Source: Novosphingobium sp. UBA1948 (GTDB lineage Bacteria > Pseudomonadota > Alphaproteobacteria > Sphingomonadales > Sphingomonadaceae). From it: a stretch of 48,488 nucleotides of DNA. Under the pieces are notes generated by a model. It saw only the letters and a list, made by a program, of their open reading frames with translations, made no database searches and had not been told where the DNA came from. Every line of letters begins with the position of its first letter. The first letter of the stretch is position 1. Location: NCBI GenBank assembly GCA_002336765.1, contig DDES01000200.1, forward strand, positions 1-48,488. The letters run 5' to 3'. Position numbers and translations under genes: made by a program. This document shows, piece after piece, positions 1 to 10,900 of the stretch.

Positions 1-15
1 GTCGTCATCGGCATA

Positions 16-3000
16 TCAGGTGCGCACCCGGGCCATCGCCGCCCGCCGGTCGCCGAGCGCGGCGCGGCGCATGGCCGCCCTGTCGGCAACCTGGCTCAAC
101 CGCTCGTCCGCCTTGCCACGGTCGGCAAGATGGTCCGCCAGCGCCGCAACCGTCGGGAAACGGAAGATGTCGGTAATCGTCAGTTCCGGAGCGACCCCGG
201 ACTTGAGGTCGCGATGGAGCTGGACGGCGAGCAACGAATGGCCGCCGAGCGTAAAGAAGTTGTCGTTGACCCCCACCAGTTCAAGGCCGAGCGCGCGGCG
301 ATAGGCCTGCGCGATGTCGCGCTGGAGATTGCTTTCGGGAGCCTGGTATGCCTGCCCCGAGGCTGCCGCCGCGTTCATTTCCGGCTTGGGCAGCGCCTTG
401 CGGTCGACCTTGGCATTCGGCGTGAGCGGGAAAGCCGCAAGCGTGACGAAATGCGCGGGGATCATGTAATCCGGCAGCATATCGCCGAGATGCGCCCTCA
501 GCTTAGCCTCGCAGACCGCCCCGCCCGAAAGGCGCAGATAGGCTACGATCCGCACATCACCCTCACGGTCCTCGCGCACCACGACAACCGCTTCGGCAAT
601 GCCGTCAAAGGCCGCGATCCGCGCCTCGATCTCGCCGATTTCGATACGATAGCCGCGCACCTTGACCTGATGGTCGGTGCGGCCGAGGAAGCGCAGAACG
701 CCGTCCTCGGTGTAGCGCACGAGGTCGCCGGTCCGGTAGAGACGGCCGCCGGCAAAGGGATTTGCGATGAACCGTTCGGCGGTGAGTTCCGGCCGGTTGA
801 GGTAGCCGCGCGTGACGCCCTCCCCGCCGATATGCAGTTCGCCGGGCTGGCCGGGCGCCGCAAGGCGCCCGTTGGCATCCATCACATAAAGGCCGGTATT
901 GGCGATCGGCCGCCCGAGAGGCACCACGGTGTCGGTTGCCTGCGCGGTCATGGTGGACGACCAGATCGTCGTTTCCGTCGGCCCGTACATGTTCTCGACG
1001 GGCGCGCCGCTCACCTTGCGGATTTCGGCAAGGAGCGAACCCGGCAGCGCTTCGCCGCCGATATAGAGATGGCGGATGCTGCCGAATGCGGCACGATCCG
1101 CCTCTCCGGTCAGGAACATCCGCGCCATCGAGGGCGTGCACTGGAGATGCGTGACCGCGTGGCGGGCCACTTCCGCGGCAAAGCCCTCGCCGGATGCTTC
1201 CTCCGCGGGAGCGGCGCGCGCGGCGGCGACGACACGGGCGAGCGGCACCAGCCGCTCCAGGACGATATCCGTCGGCACGCCGAAATCGATGAGGCAGGCG
1301 ACATCGTCGACGCCGACCGCCGCGATCTGCTCGACACGGCGCATCGCGTCCTCGACCGTCCCGAACAGGCCGCTATCCTCGAAATAGCGCAGGAAGGCGA
1401 ATTCGAGGATCGCATCCATCTCGTCGGCCGACAGCGTCTGCAGGTCGATATCCATCGCCCCGGAAGCGCCCTGCGGCTTCTTGAAGGCCGGGAAAGCCCA
1501 GGCATATTGCTTGATGAGCGCGGCGGCGCTGCGCAGATAGGCCTTCATCGGCTCGCGCGCCCGATTGCGCACCTCCTCGCGGTCCTCGCCCAGCAGCGTG
1601 TGCAGCATGAGCGTGACCTTGTAGTCATCCGGATTGCGGCCGCACTCCACGAGCGTCTCGCGATAGATGCGGATCTTCTCGGCAAGCTCCTCGATGGACT
1701 GGCCGAGAAGATGGGTCAGCACGTTCGCCCCCAGCCGCGCGGCCTCACGGTAGGTCTCCGGGTTGCCGGCCGTGGTCAGCCAGATGGGAAGCTCGCGCTG
1801 AACGGGACGCGGCTGCGTGACGACGTTCGTCGTGCCCGCGCCGAAATCGAACGACACGGCCTCGCCGCGCCAGAGTTTGCGCACCACCTCGATGTCGCGG
1901 ATCATGCCGGTCTTGTTGTTCGGCGGCGCGTTCTCGGGGCGCAGCACGAAGTCCTCCGGCATCCAGCCGGAAGCGAAGCCGATGGCCACGCGGCCGTTGC
2001 TGAGATTGTCGAGCACGGCCCATTCTTCCGCCACGCGCAGCGGATGGTGCAGCGGCAGGACGCAGCTTCCCGCGCGGATCGAAAGGTTCTTCGTGACGGC
2101 GGCGACCGCCGCGCCCGTGACGGACGGGTTCGGATAGGGGCCGCCGAAGGCGTGGAAATGCCGTTCCGGCGTCCATACGGACTGGAAACCGTTCGAATCG
2201 GCGAATTTCGCGCCTTCCAGCAGGAGATGGTATTTGGCAGGCCCCGCACCGTCGTCGTTGCCCCAGTAGAACAGGCCGAATTCCATCGGCCCCTTGCCGG
2301 GCGCCCGGCGGATGGCTGTGGCTTCGCCCTTGTGCGCTTGCGTCTCGGGTGAATGGATCACGACCTTGAAACCGCGCGCCAGCGTCCAGAAAAGCTCCAG
2401 CACGGAAATGTCGAAGGACAGGCTGGTGACGGCGAGCCAGACGGGCTGGTTCTGCGTATCGCACGCCACCCGCTCATCCATGCCCGCAAAGAAGTTCACG
2501 ACATTGCGGTGTTCCACCATGACGCCCTTGGGGCGGCCGGTGGAGCCCGACGTATAGATCACATAGGCGAGGTTTTCCGGAGCGGCGGCTGAAACGAGCC
2601 GGTTCCGCGGCCCGTCCTGCGCCAGCAGATCCTCGATGAAGACCGTGCGCGCGCCGGGGGCGGAAAGCGTTTCCGCGACCGCGCGGCTGGCGAGGACCAC
2701 CCCTGCGCCGCTGTCCTCCAGCATATAGGCAAGCCGGTCGGCCGGGAAGTTCGGATCGAGCGGCAGATAGGCCCCGCCCGCCTTCTGGACGGCAAGCGCG
2801 CCGACCACGAGGTCGATGGAACGCGGCAAGTGAAGCCCTACCATCGTATCCGGCAGGACGCCGAGCGCCAAAAGCGCATGGGCGACGCGGTTCGCCCGCA
2901 ATTCGAGTTCGCGGTAGGTCACGCTCTCGCCGCGCCAGGCAACGGCGGTCGCGTCGGGCGTGCGGTCGATCTGCCGCTCGATCGCGGTGTGCATGCAGAG

Positions 3001-4635
3001 CGTACGATCGAACGCCCGCGCGCTGTCGTTCCACTCGTGGATGACGCGGCGTCTCTCCTCCTCCGCCATCAGCGGCAGGTCCGCGACGAGACCGGCGCCG
3101 ACGGCAAAGGCGGAAGCCAGGATGGCGATGCGGCGCGCGTAGCTCGCGGCATCCGCATCGGAAAGACGCGTGCGGTCATAGACCAGCCGGTCGCCGCCGC
3201 CGTCCTTGCCGAGCACGAAGGTGAGCGCGCATCCGGCAAGCGGCGCAGCCCCCGCCTCGCCGTCTTCGACGATGCCCACGGCAAGGCGCGGCTCCTGCGC
3301 GCCGAGGCCCCGGCGCGTCAGATCGGCAAGATAGGGGCCTTCGCGGCGCGCGCTTTCGAGCCGTTTCGCGACATCAAGCGAGAAATCGGAAACCGCGTCC
3401 TCGGCCGTAAGCTCGATCCGCAACGGAACGCTGCGTGCAAAGTAGCCCGGGAACCGGTCGGCGCATGCGCGCATGTCCGACGAGGAATAGGCGATGTCCA
3501 GCCGGTCCTGACCGGAGAAGCGCGCCAGGAAGGCACCGATGGCGGCGATACGGCTTTCGAGGCGCATCGATGCCGGCAGGCCGAGGTCGAGAGCGGCAGG
3601 ATCGGCGGCAACACCGCCCATATCGGCCACATCGTGCAGCTCGACCGCCTCCGGCGATCGCAGCCGCTCGACGGCCCGCGTTTCGAACCGCGCGGCGCGG
3701 CGCACGGCGGCGTCCAGCGCCGCACCGTCCTGCTCATCGAGGCGGGGAAGCCGGTCGCCCGCACGCAGGCAGGCGGAAAGAAGCGCACCGTCCTCATATC
3801 GCACGCCCTCGATCAGCACCGGCCGGTCGGCCGCCGACACCAGCACGCCGTCCGTGGTGACGGAGAGCACCGTTCCGGGTGCGGCAAGCTGCGACGTATC
3901 GTGCGCCTCCTCAAAGCGGGTAAGGTGGAAAAGACCGTCGGCGCTCAGAACCTTGGGAGCGGAGAGCCGGTTGGCGTAGCCCGGTCCGAAATCGAGGGCG
4001 CGCCAGAGGCGCGACAGCTCGTTGGCGGTGCGCTCGAAAGACACTGTAGCGGCAGCCGCGGGGCGGCGGTCGAGGGCATAATAGGTGCGTTGCGAGAAAT
4101 CCTGCGGCGTGCCGGCAAGCGTGCCGCGCCCGATGGCCGCGACCAGTTCGCCGAAGGTGGCGAGCCCGGCCTCGAAGCACTTCGTATTCAGGCTGAGCGC
4201 GGTTTCGTTGGGATCGATCGCAAACCGGGACTGGGCATAGACGACGCCCTCGTCCGCACCGGCCGTGATTTCATGCCAGGTGACACCGAAGGACTGTTCG
4301 CCCTCCAGAATGGCCCAGGCCGGAGCGTTGAGGCCGGCGAAGCGGGGCAGCGGCCCGTCGTGGAAGTTCACCGCCCCCTGCCGCGCCTTGCGCCAGACGG
4401 TCTCGGGCAGCATGCGCAGGTTGGCGATGCTGAACAGCCAGTCGTATTCGACGCCGGCGAGGGTTTCGCCGAGATCGCGCCCCCAATCGTAAAGCGGAAT
4501 GCCGTTCTTTTCGGCCCAGGCGCGGGCCGGCGCACCACCGGAAACCACGCCGACGACCCGATGGCCTTGCTGCAACAGCATTTGCCCGCATTGCGCGAGC
4601 AGCGTTTCGTTCCCGATGAGGAGGCAATCCACCAT
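16..4635 (-). CDS. NRPS: formyltransferase - degenerate condensation-like region - adenylation domain interrupted by luciferase-like (MupA/Atu3671-type) monooxygenase - PCP
   Basis: N-terminal Fmt-like motif (VNFHDGPLPRFAGLNAPAWAI). A-domain motifs YVIYTSGSTGRPKG, FDIS, NMYGPTE, YRTGD, KVRGYRIE, NAKVDR. LLM motifs WTPERHFH and HHPLRVAEEWAVLDNLSNGR. PCP motif FFTLGGHSL. Confidence 0.95.
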   Translation of the reverse strand: MVDCLLIGNETLLAQCGQMLLQQGHRVVGVVSGGAPARAWAEKNGIPLYDWGRDLGETLAGVEYDWLFSIANLRMLPETVWRKARQGAVNFHDGPLPRFAGLNAPAWAILEGEQSFGVTWHEITAGADEGVVYAQSRFAIDPNETALSLNTKCFEAGLATFGELVAAIGRGTLAGTPQDFSQRTYYALDRRPAAAATVSFERTANELSRLWRALDFGPGYANRLSAPKVLSADGLFHLTRFEEAHDTSQLAAPGTVLSVTTDGVLVSAADRPVLIEGVRYEDGALLSACLRAGDRLPRLDEQDGAALDAAVRRAARFETRAVERLRSPEAVELHDVADMGGVAADPAALDLGLPASMRLESRIAAIGAFLARFSGQDRLDIAYSSSDMRACADRFPGYFARSVPLRIELTAEDAVSDFSLDVAKRLESARREGPYLADLTRRGLGAQEPRLAVGIVEDGEAGAAPLAGCALTFVLGKDGGGDRLVYDRTRLSDADAASYARRIAILASAFAVGAGLVADLPLMAEEERRRVIHEWNDSARAFDRTLCMHTAIERQIDRTPDATAVAWRGESVTYRELELRANRVAHALLALGVLPDTMVGLHLPRSIDLVVGALAVQKAGGAYLPLDPNFPADRLAYMLEDSGAGVVLASRAVAETLSAPGARTVFIEDLLAQDGPRNRLVSAAAPENLAYVIYTSGSTGRPKGVMVEHRNVVNFFAGMDERVACDTQNQPVWLAVTSLSFDISVLELFWTLARGFKVVIHSPETQAHKGEATAIRRAPGKGPMEFGLFYWGNDDGAGPAKYHLLLEGAKFADSNGFQSVWTPERHFHAFGGPYPNPSVTGAAVAAVTKNLSIRAGSCVLPLHHPLRVAEEWAVLDNLSNGRVAIGFASGWMPEDFVLRPENAPPNNKTGMIRDIEVVRKLWRGEAVSFDFGAGTTNVVTQPRPVQRELPIWLTTAGNPETYREAARLGANVLTHLLGQSIEELAEKIRIYRETLVECGRNPDDYKVTLMLHTLLGEDREEVRNRAREPMKAYLRSAAALIKQYAWAFPAFKKPQGASGAMDIDLQTLSADEMDAILEFAFLRYFEDSGLFGTVEDAMRRVEQIAAVGVDDVACLIDFGVPTDIVLERLVPLARVVAAARAAPAEEASGEGFAAEVARHAVTHLQCTPSMARMFLTGEADRAAFGSIRHLYIGGEALPGSLLAEIRKVSGAPVENMYGPTETTIWSSTMTAQATDTVVPLGRPIANTGLYVMDANGRLAAPGQPGELHIGGEGVTRGYLNRPELTAERFIANPFAGGRLYRTGDLVRYTEDGVLRFLGRTDHQVKVRGYRIEIGEIEARIAAFDGIAEAVVVVREDREGDVRIVAYLRLSGGAVCEAKLRAHLGDMLPDYMIPAHFVTLAAFPLTPNAKVDRKALPKPEMNAAAASGQAYQAPESNLQRDIAQAYRRALGLELVGVNDNFFTLGGHSLLAVQLHRDLKSGVAPELTITDIFRFPTVAALADHLADRGKADERLSQVADRAAMRRAALGDRRAAMARVRT

Positions 4636-4788
4636 GTCAGCACCCGTCGCCCAGAATGTGTCCGTTGTCGGCCACCGTGGAGATACTTGCCGGAGGAGAC
4701 CAATTCCACCTATCCGTCACAAGTTAAAATAACACCCACGAGCCTATTCTTGCCGCCATATTGCCATCTGCCCCATTCCAGTTCATGA

Positions 4789-4820
4789 TTAAAAGGATAT
4801 TAAGCTTAATAAAGTGTTAA
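4789..4820. promoter_or_regulatory. Two tandem CtrA-type boxes (TTAA-N7-TTAA) in the AT-rich divergent NRPS/PKS promoter
   Basis: TTAA-aaggata-TTAA at 4789-4803 and TTAA-taaagtg-TTAA at 4806-4820. A one-mismatch copy lies at 4907-4921. Confidence 0.55.
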
Positions 4821-4983
4821 AATTAAATATAAAATTGAAACAATATAAAACTATGCGTTAAATAAATCCAATAACGCTACACGTTTCGGCCGAAATCGAC
4901 TTTACCATAAATGAATATTAAGGAAGCCCCGTCATGAAATGATGGCATACTGTAAAAGACAGAAATAGCGAAGAGCAGACAAG

Positions 4984-7900
4984 ATGCCGGACAACCACGA
5001 CATATCGCCGAATGACATTGCCATCATCGGCATGGCGCTGCGGGTGCCGGGTGCCGGAAATGTCGAAACGTTCTGGCAGAATCTTCGCGCAGGACGCGAA
5101 GCGATACGCACTCTCTCCGACGATGAACTGCTTGCCGCCGGTGAAAGCCCGGAACGCTTCAACCACCCGAACTACGTTCGCCGCACCGCCGATCTGCCGG
5201 ACATGGAAATGTTCGACGCGGAATTCTTCGGGCTGAGCCCGAAGGAAGCGGCGATCATGGATCCCCAGCACCGACACTTCCTGGAATGTGCCTGGGAGGC
5301 GATGGAGGATGCCGGGCGCACGCCGAACACCGTCGCGGGACCTGTCGGCGTCTTCGCCGGCTGTGGCATGGGCCACTATTTCTATTTCAACGTCTGCAGC
5401 AACCGCCAGCTCGTCGACCAGGTCGGCATGTTCCTGCTGCGCCACACCGGCAACGACAAAGACTTCCTCGCCACGCGCGCGTCCTTCGCGTTCGACCTGC
5501 GCGGGCCTAGCGTCAATGTGCAGACCGCCTGTTCGACCTCGCTGGTGGCGGTGCATCAGGCCTGCCAGAGCCTGCTCAACGGCGAAACCGACATGGCGCT
5601 TGCCGGCGGCGTGACCATCGAGCTGCCGCATCGGCGCGGCTACATGCACCAGGAAGGCGAGATCCTTTCGCCCGACGGCCATTGCCGCGCCTTCGACCAC
5701 CGCGCCGGCGGAACGGTCTTCGGCAGCGGGGCCGGCGTCGTCATCCTGCGGCGGCTCGCCGACGCCATCGCCGACGGCGACATCGTGCATGCCGTGATCA
5801 AGGCCTCCGCCGTCAACAATGACGGCGCCAGCAAGGCCGGCTACCTTGCCCCCAGCGTCACCGGACAGGCCGAGGCGATCATCGAGGCTCACGGCCTCGC
5901 CGGCATCGAAGCCGACACGATCCAGTATGTCGAGTGCCACGGCACCGGCACCTATCTCGGCGACCCCATCGAAATCGAGGCGATGACGCAGGCCTTCCGC
6001 CAGACGACGAGCCGGACCGGCTTTTGCCGTGTTGGCTCGGTCAAATCGAATATCGGCCATCTCGACACGGCTGCCGGCGTCGTTGGCCTGATCAAGACGA
6101 CGCTGGCACTCAAGCATGGCGAAATCCCTCCCACGCTCGGCTTCGAGAAGCCGAACCCTTCCATCGATTTCGCCGGCAGCCCCTTCATCGTCAACGACCG
6201 GCTGACGCCCTGGCCGCAGGCCGCCGGACCGCGCCGCGCCGCCGTGAACTCGCTCGGCGTCGGCGGTACGAACGCCCATATCGTGCTGGAACAGGCGCCT
6301 CTCGATACGCGCGCCGCCGCCAATGATGCAGAACCGCAGGTCCTGCTGTTCTCCGCCAGAAGCCGAAAGGCGGCGGAACAGGCCGCTGTCCGGCTCGGCG
6401 CCGCGCTCACGGCACAGCCGGCGCTCTCGCTTGCCGATGCCGCCTATACGCTCCATGCCGGGCGCAAGCCGTTCGAACATCGCTGCGTCGTCGCAGCGGC
6501 GGACCGGCAGGATGCCATCGCCGTCCTCGGCGGCGCTGAACCGAGGCGCATTTTCAGCCATACCGTGCTCGATGCTCCCTCGGGCGCGACCTTCCTCTTC
6601 CCCGGCGGCGGCGCACAGCATGTGGGCATGGCACGCCGGCTCTACGAACAGGACCACGCCTTCCGCGCCATCGTCGATGAGGGCCTGGCAGCGCTTCCGG
6701 CCGATGCGGCATCCGAGCTTCGCGCAGTCTGGTTCGAGGACAACCAAGCGGGGCGCGAGGACGCGGCCCGCCGTTTCCTAAGGCCGGCCCTGCAGCTTCC
6801 GGCCATTCTCATCGTCGAGGTGGCCATCGCCCGGCTCTGGATGGCGCGGGGCGTAAAGCCTGCGGCTCTCGTCGGCCATTCCATGGGGGAAAACGCCGCG
6901 GCCTGCATCGCCGGCGTGCTCGAGTACCGGGACGCCGTGCGGCTCGTGCGCCTGCGCGGGGAACTGTTCGAGACCATCGCGCCGGGCGGCATGCTGAGCG
7001 TGCCTCTCTCGCAGCAAAACCTTGCGGCGATACTGCCCGCCGAACTCGACATCGCCTCCGTCAACGCGCCGGAACTCTGCGTCGTTTCCGGCCTCAACGG
7101 CGACCTCGCAGCCTTCCAGCAAACGCTTGCGGCGCGCGGCGTCGAGGCGACGCGCATCGCCATCGACATCGCCGCCCATTCCCGCATGCTCGACGGCATC
7201 CTGCCGCGGTTCGAAGCCTTCCTGCGCGGCATCCGGCTTTCGGCCCCCGCCATCCCCATGCTTTCCAACCGAACGGGCGCCTGGCTCACCGCCGCAGAGG
7301 CGACCGATCCGCTGTACTGGACGCAGCATCTGCGCTCGTCCGTGCTCTTCGGCAGGAACATGGCGCTGCTTTCGGAAGATCCGGGCCGCGTCTATATCGA
7401 AGTCGGCCCCGGGCGGGCGCTTTCCTCGCTCGCCAAGATGCAGCCCGGCATCGCTGCCAATCAGGTGATCCACAGCCTGCCGCATCCCGAGGAAGAGACC
7501 GACGACCGCCTGCATTTCCTGACCGCGCTCGGCCGCGTCTGGGCCGTCGGCCTGCCGGTGGACTTCGAGGACGGCTGGAGCCGACAGGGTGCGCGGCGCG
7601 TCTCGCTGCCCACCTATCCTTTCCAGCACCAGCACTATTTCATCGAGCGGGCGGCGACGGAAAGGGTGGCGGCGGCTGAGGAGCCATTGCTGCGCCTGCC
7701 GGATATGGCCGACTGGGGCTACCGCCAGACCTGGAGACAATCGGCCGCCGATATCCTGATCGACGCCGGCAGGAAGCCCCAAAGCTGGCTCCTCTTCCTC
7801 GACGATGGCGGTGTCGGCGCCACGCTCGCGGCGCAACTGCGCGAACTGGGTCATGACGTGCGCACGGTCACGTCCGGCGACGGCTTCGCCAAGCTCGGCC

Positions 7901-10900
7901 GGAACGACTATGTGCTGGGCAGCGCGGACGGACGGGCCGGCTATGATGCGCTCGTGGCCGGGCTGCTGGAGGATGGCCCCTTCCCCGCCAATATCGTCCA
8001 TCTCTGGCTCGTGACGCATGACAGCTGGCATCGCCCGGAATCGAGTTTCTTCGACCGCCTTCAGGAAACGGGTTTCTACAGCCTTCTGCATCTCGCGCAG
8101 GCGATGGCCGACACCTCCATCAACGGCACTCACCTCACCGTCGTGACAAACGGCATGCAGCGCGTGGGCGACGAACCGTTGCCGCTGCCCGGCAAGGCCA
8201 CCGTGCTCGGCCCGGGCCTCGTCATCCCGAAGGAGCTGCCCGGCGTCACGGTCCGCCTTGTCGACATCGACATTCCTACGGCGGCGGAAAAGAAGACGCG
8301 CCGCACGCCGGCAAGTCTGCTTTCTCAGCTTTCGGGCGCAAAGCGGGATGCCGGGCCGGCACCCTGGCTTGCACCGCTTTGGGAAGAGCTGCTGGCCTCG
8401 CCCGGAAACGAGGTCGTTGCGCTGCGCAAGGGCCGGCGCTGGGTCCCGACCCATGTCGCCCTGCCTCTCCAGCCGGCCGGCGAAGCCCCGATCTTCCGGG
8501 ACGGTGGAACCTATGTGATCACCGGCGGCCTCGGCGATCTTTCCATGGCCATCGCCCGCGCGCTTGCCGGGCGGCACGCGGCAAAGCTCGTTCTTCTCGG
8601 GCGCACGCCTTTGCCGAGCCGGGACAGCTGGGCCTCCTATCGCCGGCTGCATGCTGGGGACGACCGGGCAAGCCGCGGCATCGCCGCCATCGTCGAACTC
8701 GAAGCCCTCGGCGCCGACGTGCTCTACCTCTCGGCCGATGTCGGCAATCCGGAGGAAATGGCCGACGCCTTGGCGCTGGCGCGGAAGCGCTTCGGCGCGA
8801 TCCACGGTGTCCTGCATACGGCAGGCGTAATCGACGACGCGCTCATTCCTCTCAAGACCTTCTCCGGCACCGAAAACGTCCTGATGCCCAAGGTTCACGG
8901 GACAGCCGTGCTGGATCAGGTTCTGGCCGGCGATGCGCTCGATTTCATGGTGCTGTTCTCCTCGACCAGCACCGACACCGCCCCTGCCGGGCAGGCCGAC
9001 TATGTCGCCGCGAACGCCTATCTCAATGCCTTTGCGGAAAGCCGGACCGCTGCCGGGCGGCGGACGATTGCCGTCCATTGGGGCATCTGGAACGAAGTCG
9101 GCCTTGCGGCACGCGCCGCCGGCAACGGCACGCGCCCGGCCGAAACGAAGCATGTAGCAGCCCACGGCCCCCTGTTCGAACACTGGGTCGAGGACGCCGG
9201 GCGCACGCAATGGCTCGAATTCGTCGCCAGCCCCGCGCGCCACTGGATGTGGAACGAACACCGCCTGGTGTCGGGCCTGCCCGTTCTGCCGGGCACCGGC
9301 TATATCGAGCTGATAGCGCAGGCGCTTGCGGAATACGGCATGACTGGGACACCGGTGATCGAAGACCTGGTTTTCCTGCGGCCGCTCGCGATAGAGGACA
9401 ATGCGGAAAAGCGCGTTCGCGTTCGCCTGCAGGCGCAGGACGGCGGCTTCAAGGTCATCGTGGCGGCCGGTGGAACCGAGGAGGCATCCGTATTCCACCC
9501 CCATGCGGAGGCGCTCGTCCGAATCGAAGCTGATACCCGCCCCTATTCCGTCCAGACCCCCGGCACCCGGGGTGAACAGTGGAGAAAAAGCCTTCGCGCC
9601 CGCGAAGGCGGGGCGCTGCGCTCTGTGCAGGAAGACCATATCCGCTTCGGGCCACGGTGGGCGGTGCTGCGCGCAATCGACATGGGCGAAAGGCAGGCAC
9701 AAGCGAGCCTCAGCCTGGACGCCAGCTTTGCCGCTGATCTGGCAACCACCCGGCTGCATCCCGGCCTGCTTGACATCGCGACCGGCTATGCGATGGAACT
9801 TGTCGACGGCTATGATCCGGCGAAGGGCCTGTGGGCTCCCATGTCCTATTGGCGCATCCGCATTCTGGATACCTTGCCGCAGGAGATCACCAGCCACATC
9901 CGCCTGAGCGATAAGGACAGCCTGGGCGAAGGCTATGCGGTCTTCGACGTGACGATAACCGATCCGGACGGACACGTCCTCGTGGAGATCGAGCGGTTTG
10001 TCGTCAGGAAGCTCGCAAGCAATACCAGCCTTGCGGAAGCCGGCGAGCCTGAGCACGGCAAGGGCGAAGCCGCCACGACCCCCGCCATGCTGCGCCTCGC
10101 CGCACAGGTCCGGCAGGGCATCCTTCCCTCGGAAGGCTACGAGGTGCTTGCCCGCGCGCTCGCCACCGGCGAGACTCAGCCCATCGTCTCGACGATGCCG
10201 CTCGAACGCCTGAAGGCAAGGGCGCAGCAGGTGCAGGCCGAAGCGGACGAGCCGGTGCAGTTCCTCGAGCGCCCCGAGCAGGCGGGCGACTATGTCGCGC
10301 CGCAGAGCGAGATCGAGAAGACGCTGGCCAGCTACTGGAGCGAGCTGCTCGGCATCGGCCGGATCGGCCTGCATGACAACTTCTTCGACATCGGCGGGCA
10401 CTCGCTCATCGCCGTGCGGCTCTTCCGCATGATCCGGTCAGCCTATGCCGTGGACCTGCCGATTTCAGTCCTGTTCGAAGCACCGACGATCGCCGCCTGC
10501 GCGGCGCTGATCGAGAAGGAGACGGGAGGACATTCTCCGCGCGAGGAAGGCGGGGAGAATGCCGGACAAACAGACCCCGCTTCGCGGCCCATGCATCTCG
10601 TTCCCATGAGTGCCGGCCCCAAGAACGGCGGGGCACCGTTCTTCCTCTGCGCCGGCATGCTGGGCAACGTGCTCAACCTGCGTCACCTCGCCCTTCTGGT
10701 GGGGGCGGACCGGCCGATTTACGGCTTGCAGGCACGCGGCCTTTACGGGGAACAGGCACCGCACGAGACCTTCGAGGAGATGGCGCGCGACTACATCGCC
10801 GAAATTCGCCAGGTGCAGCCGCACGGTCCCTATCTGCTCGGCGGCTTCTCCGGCGGCGGGTTCGTCGCCTACGAGATGGCGCGCCAGCTGCAGGCCGCCG

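Noticed and set aside
130-4788. Long plus-strand ORFs (740 aa and 652 aa) opposite the NRPS
   Set aside because: Antisense shadows typical of high-GC codon bias; no recognisable motifs.
4918-10401. Long minus-strand ORFs (609 aa and 1207 aa) opposite the PKS
   Set aside because: Antisense shadow frames of a well-supported gene.
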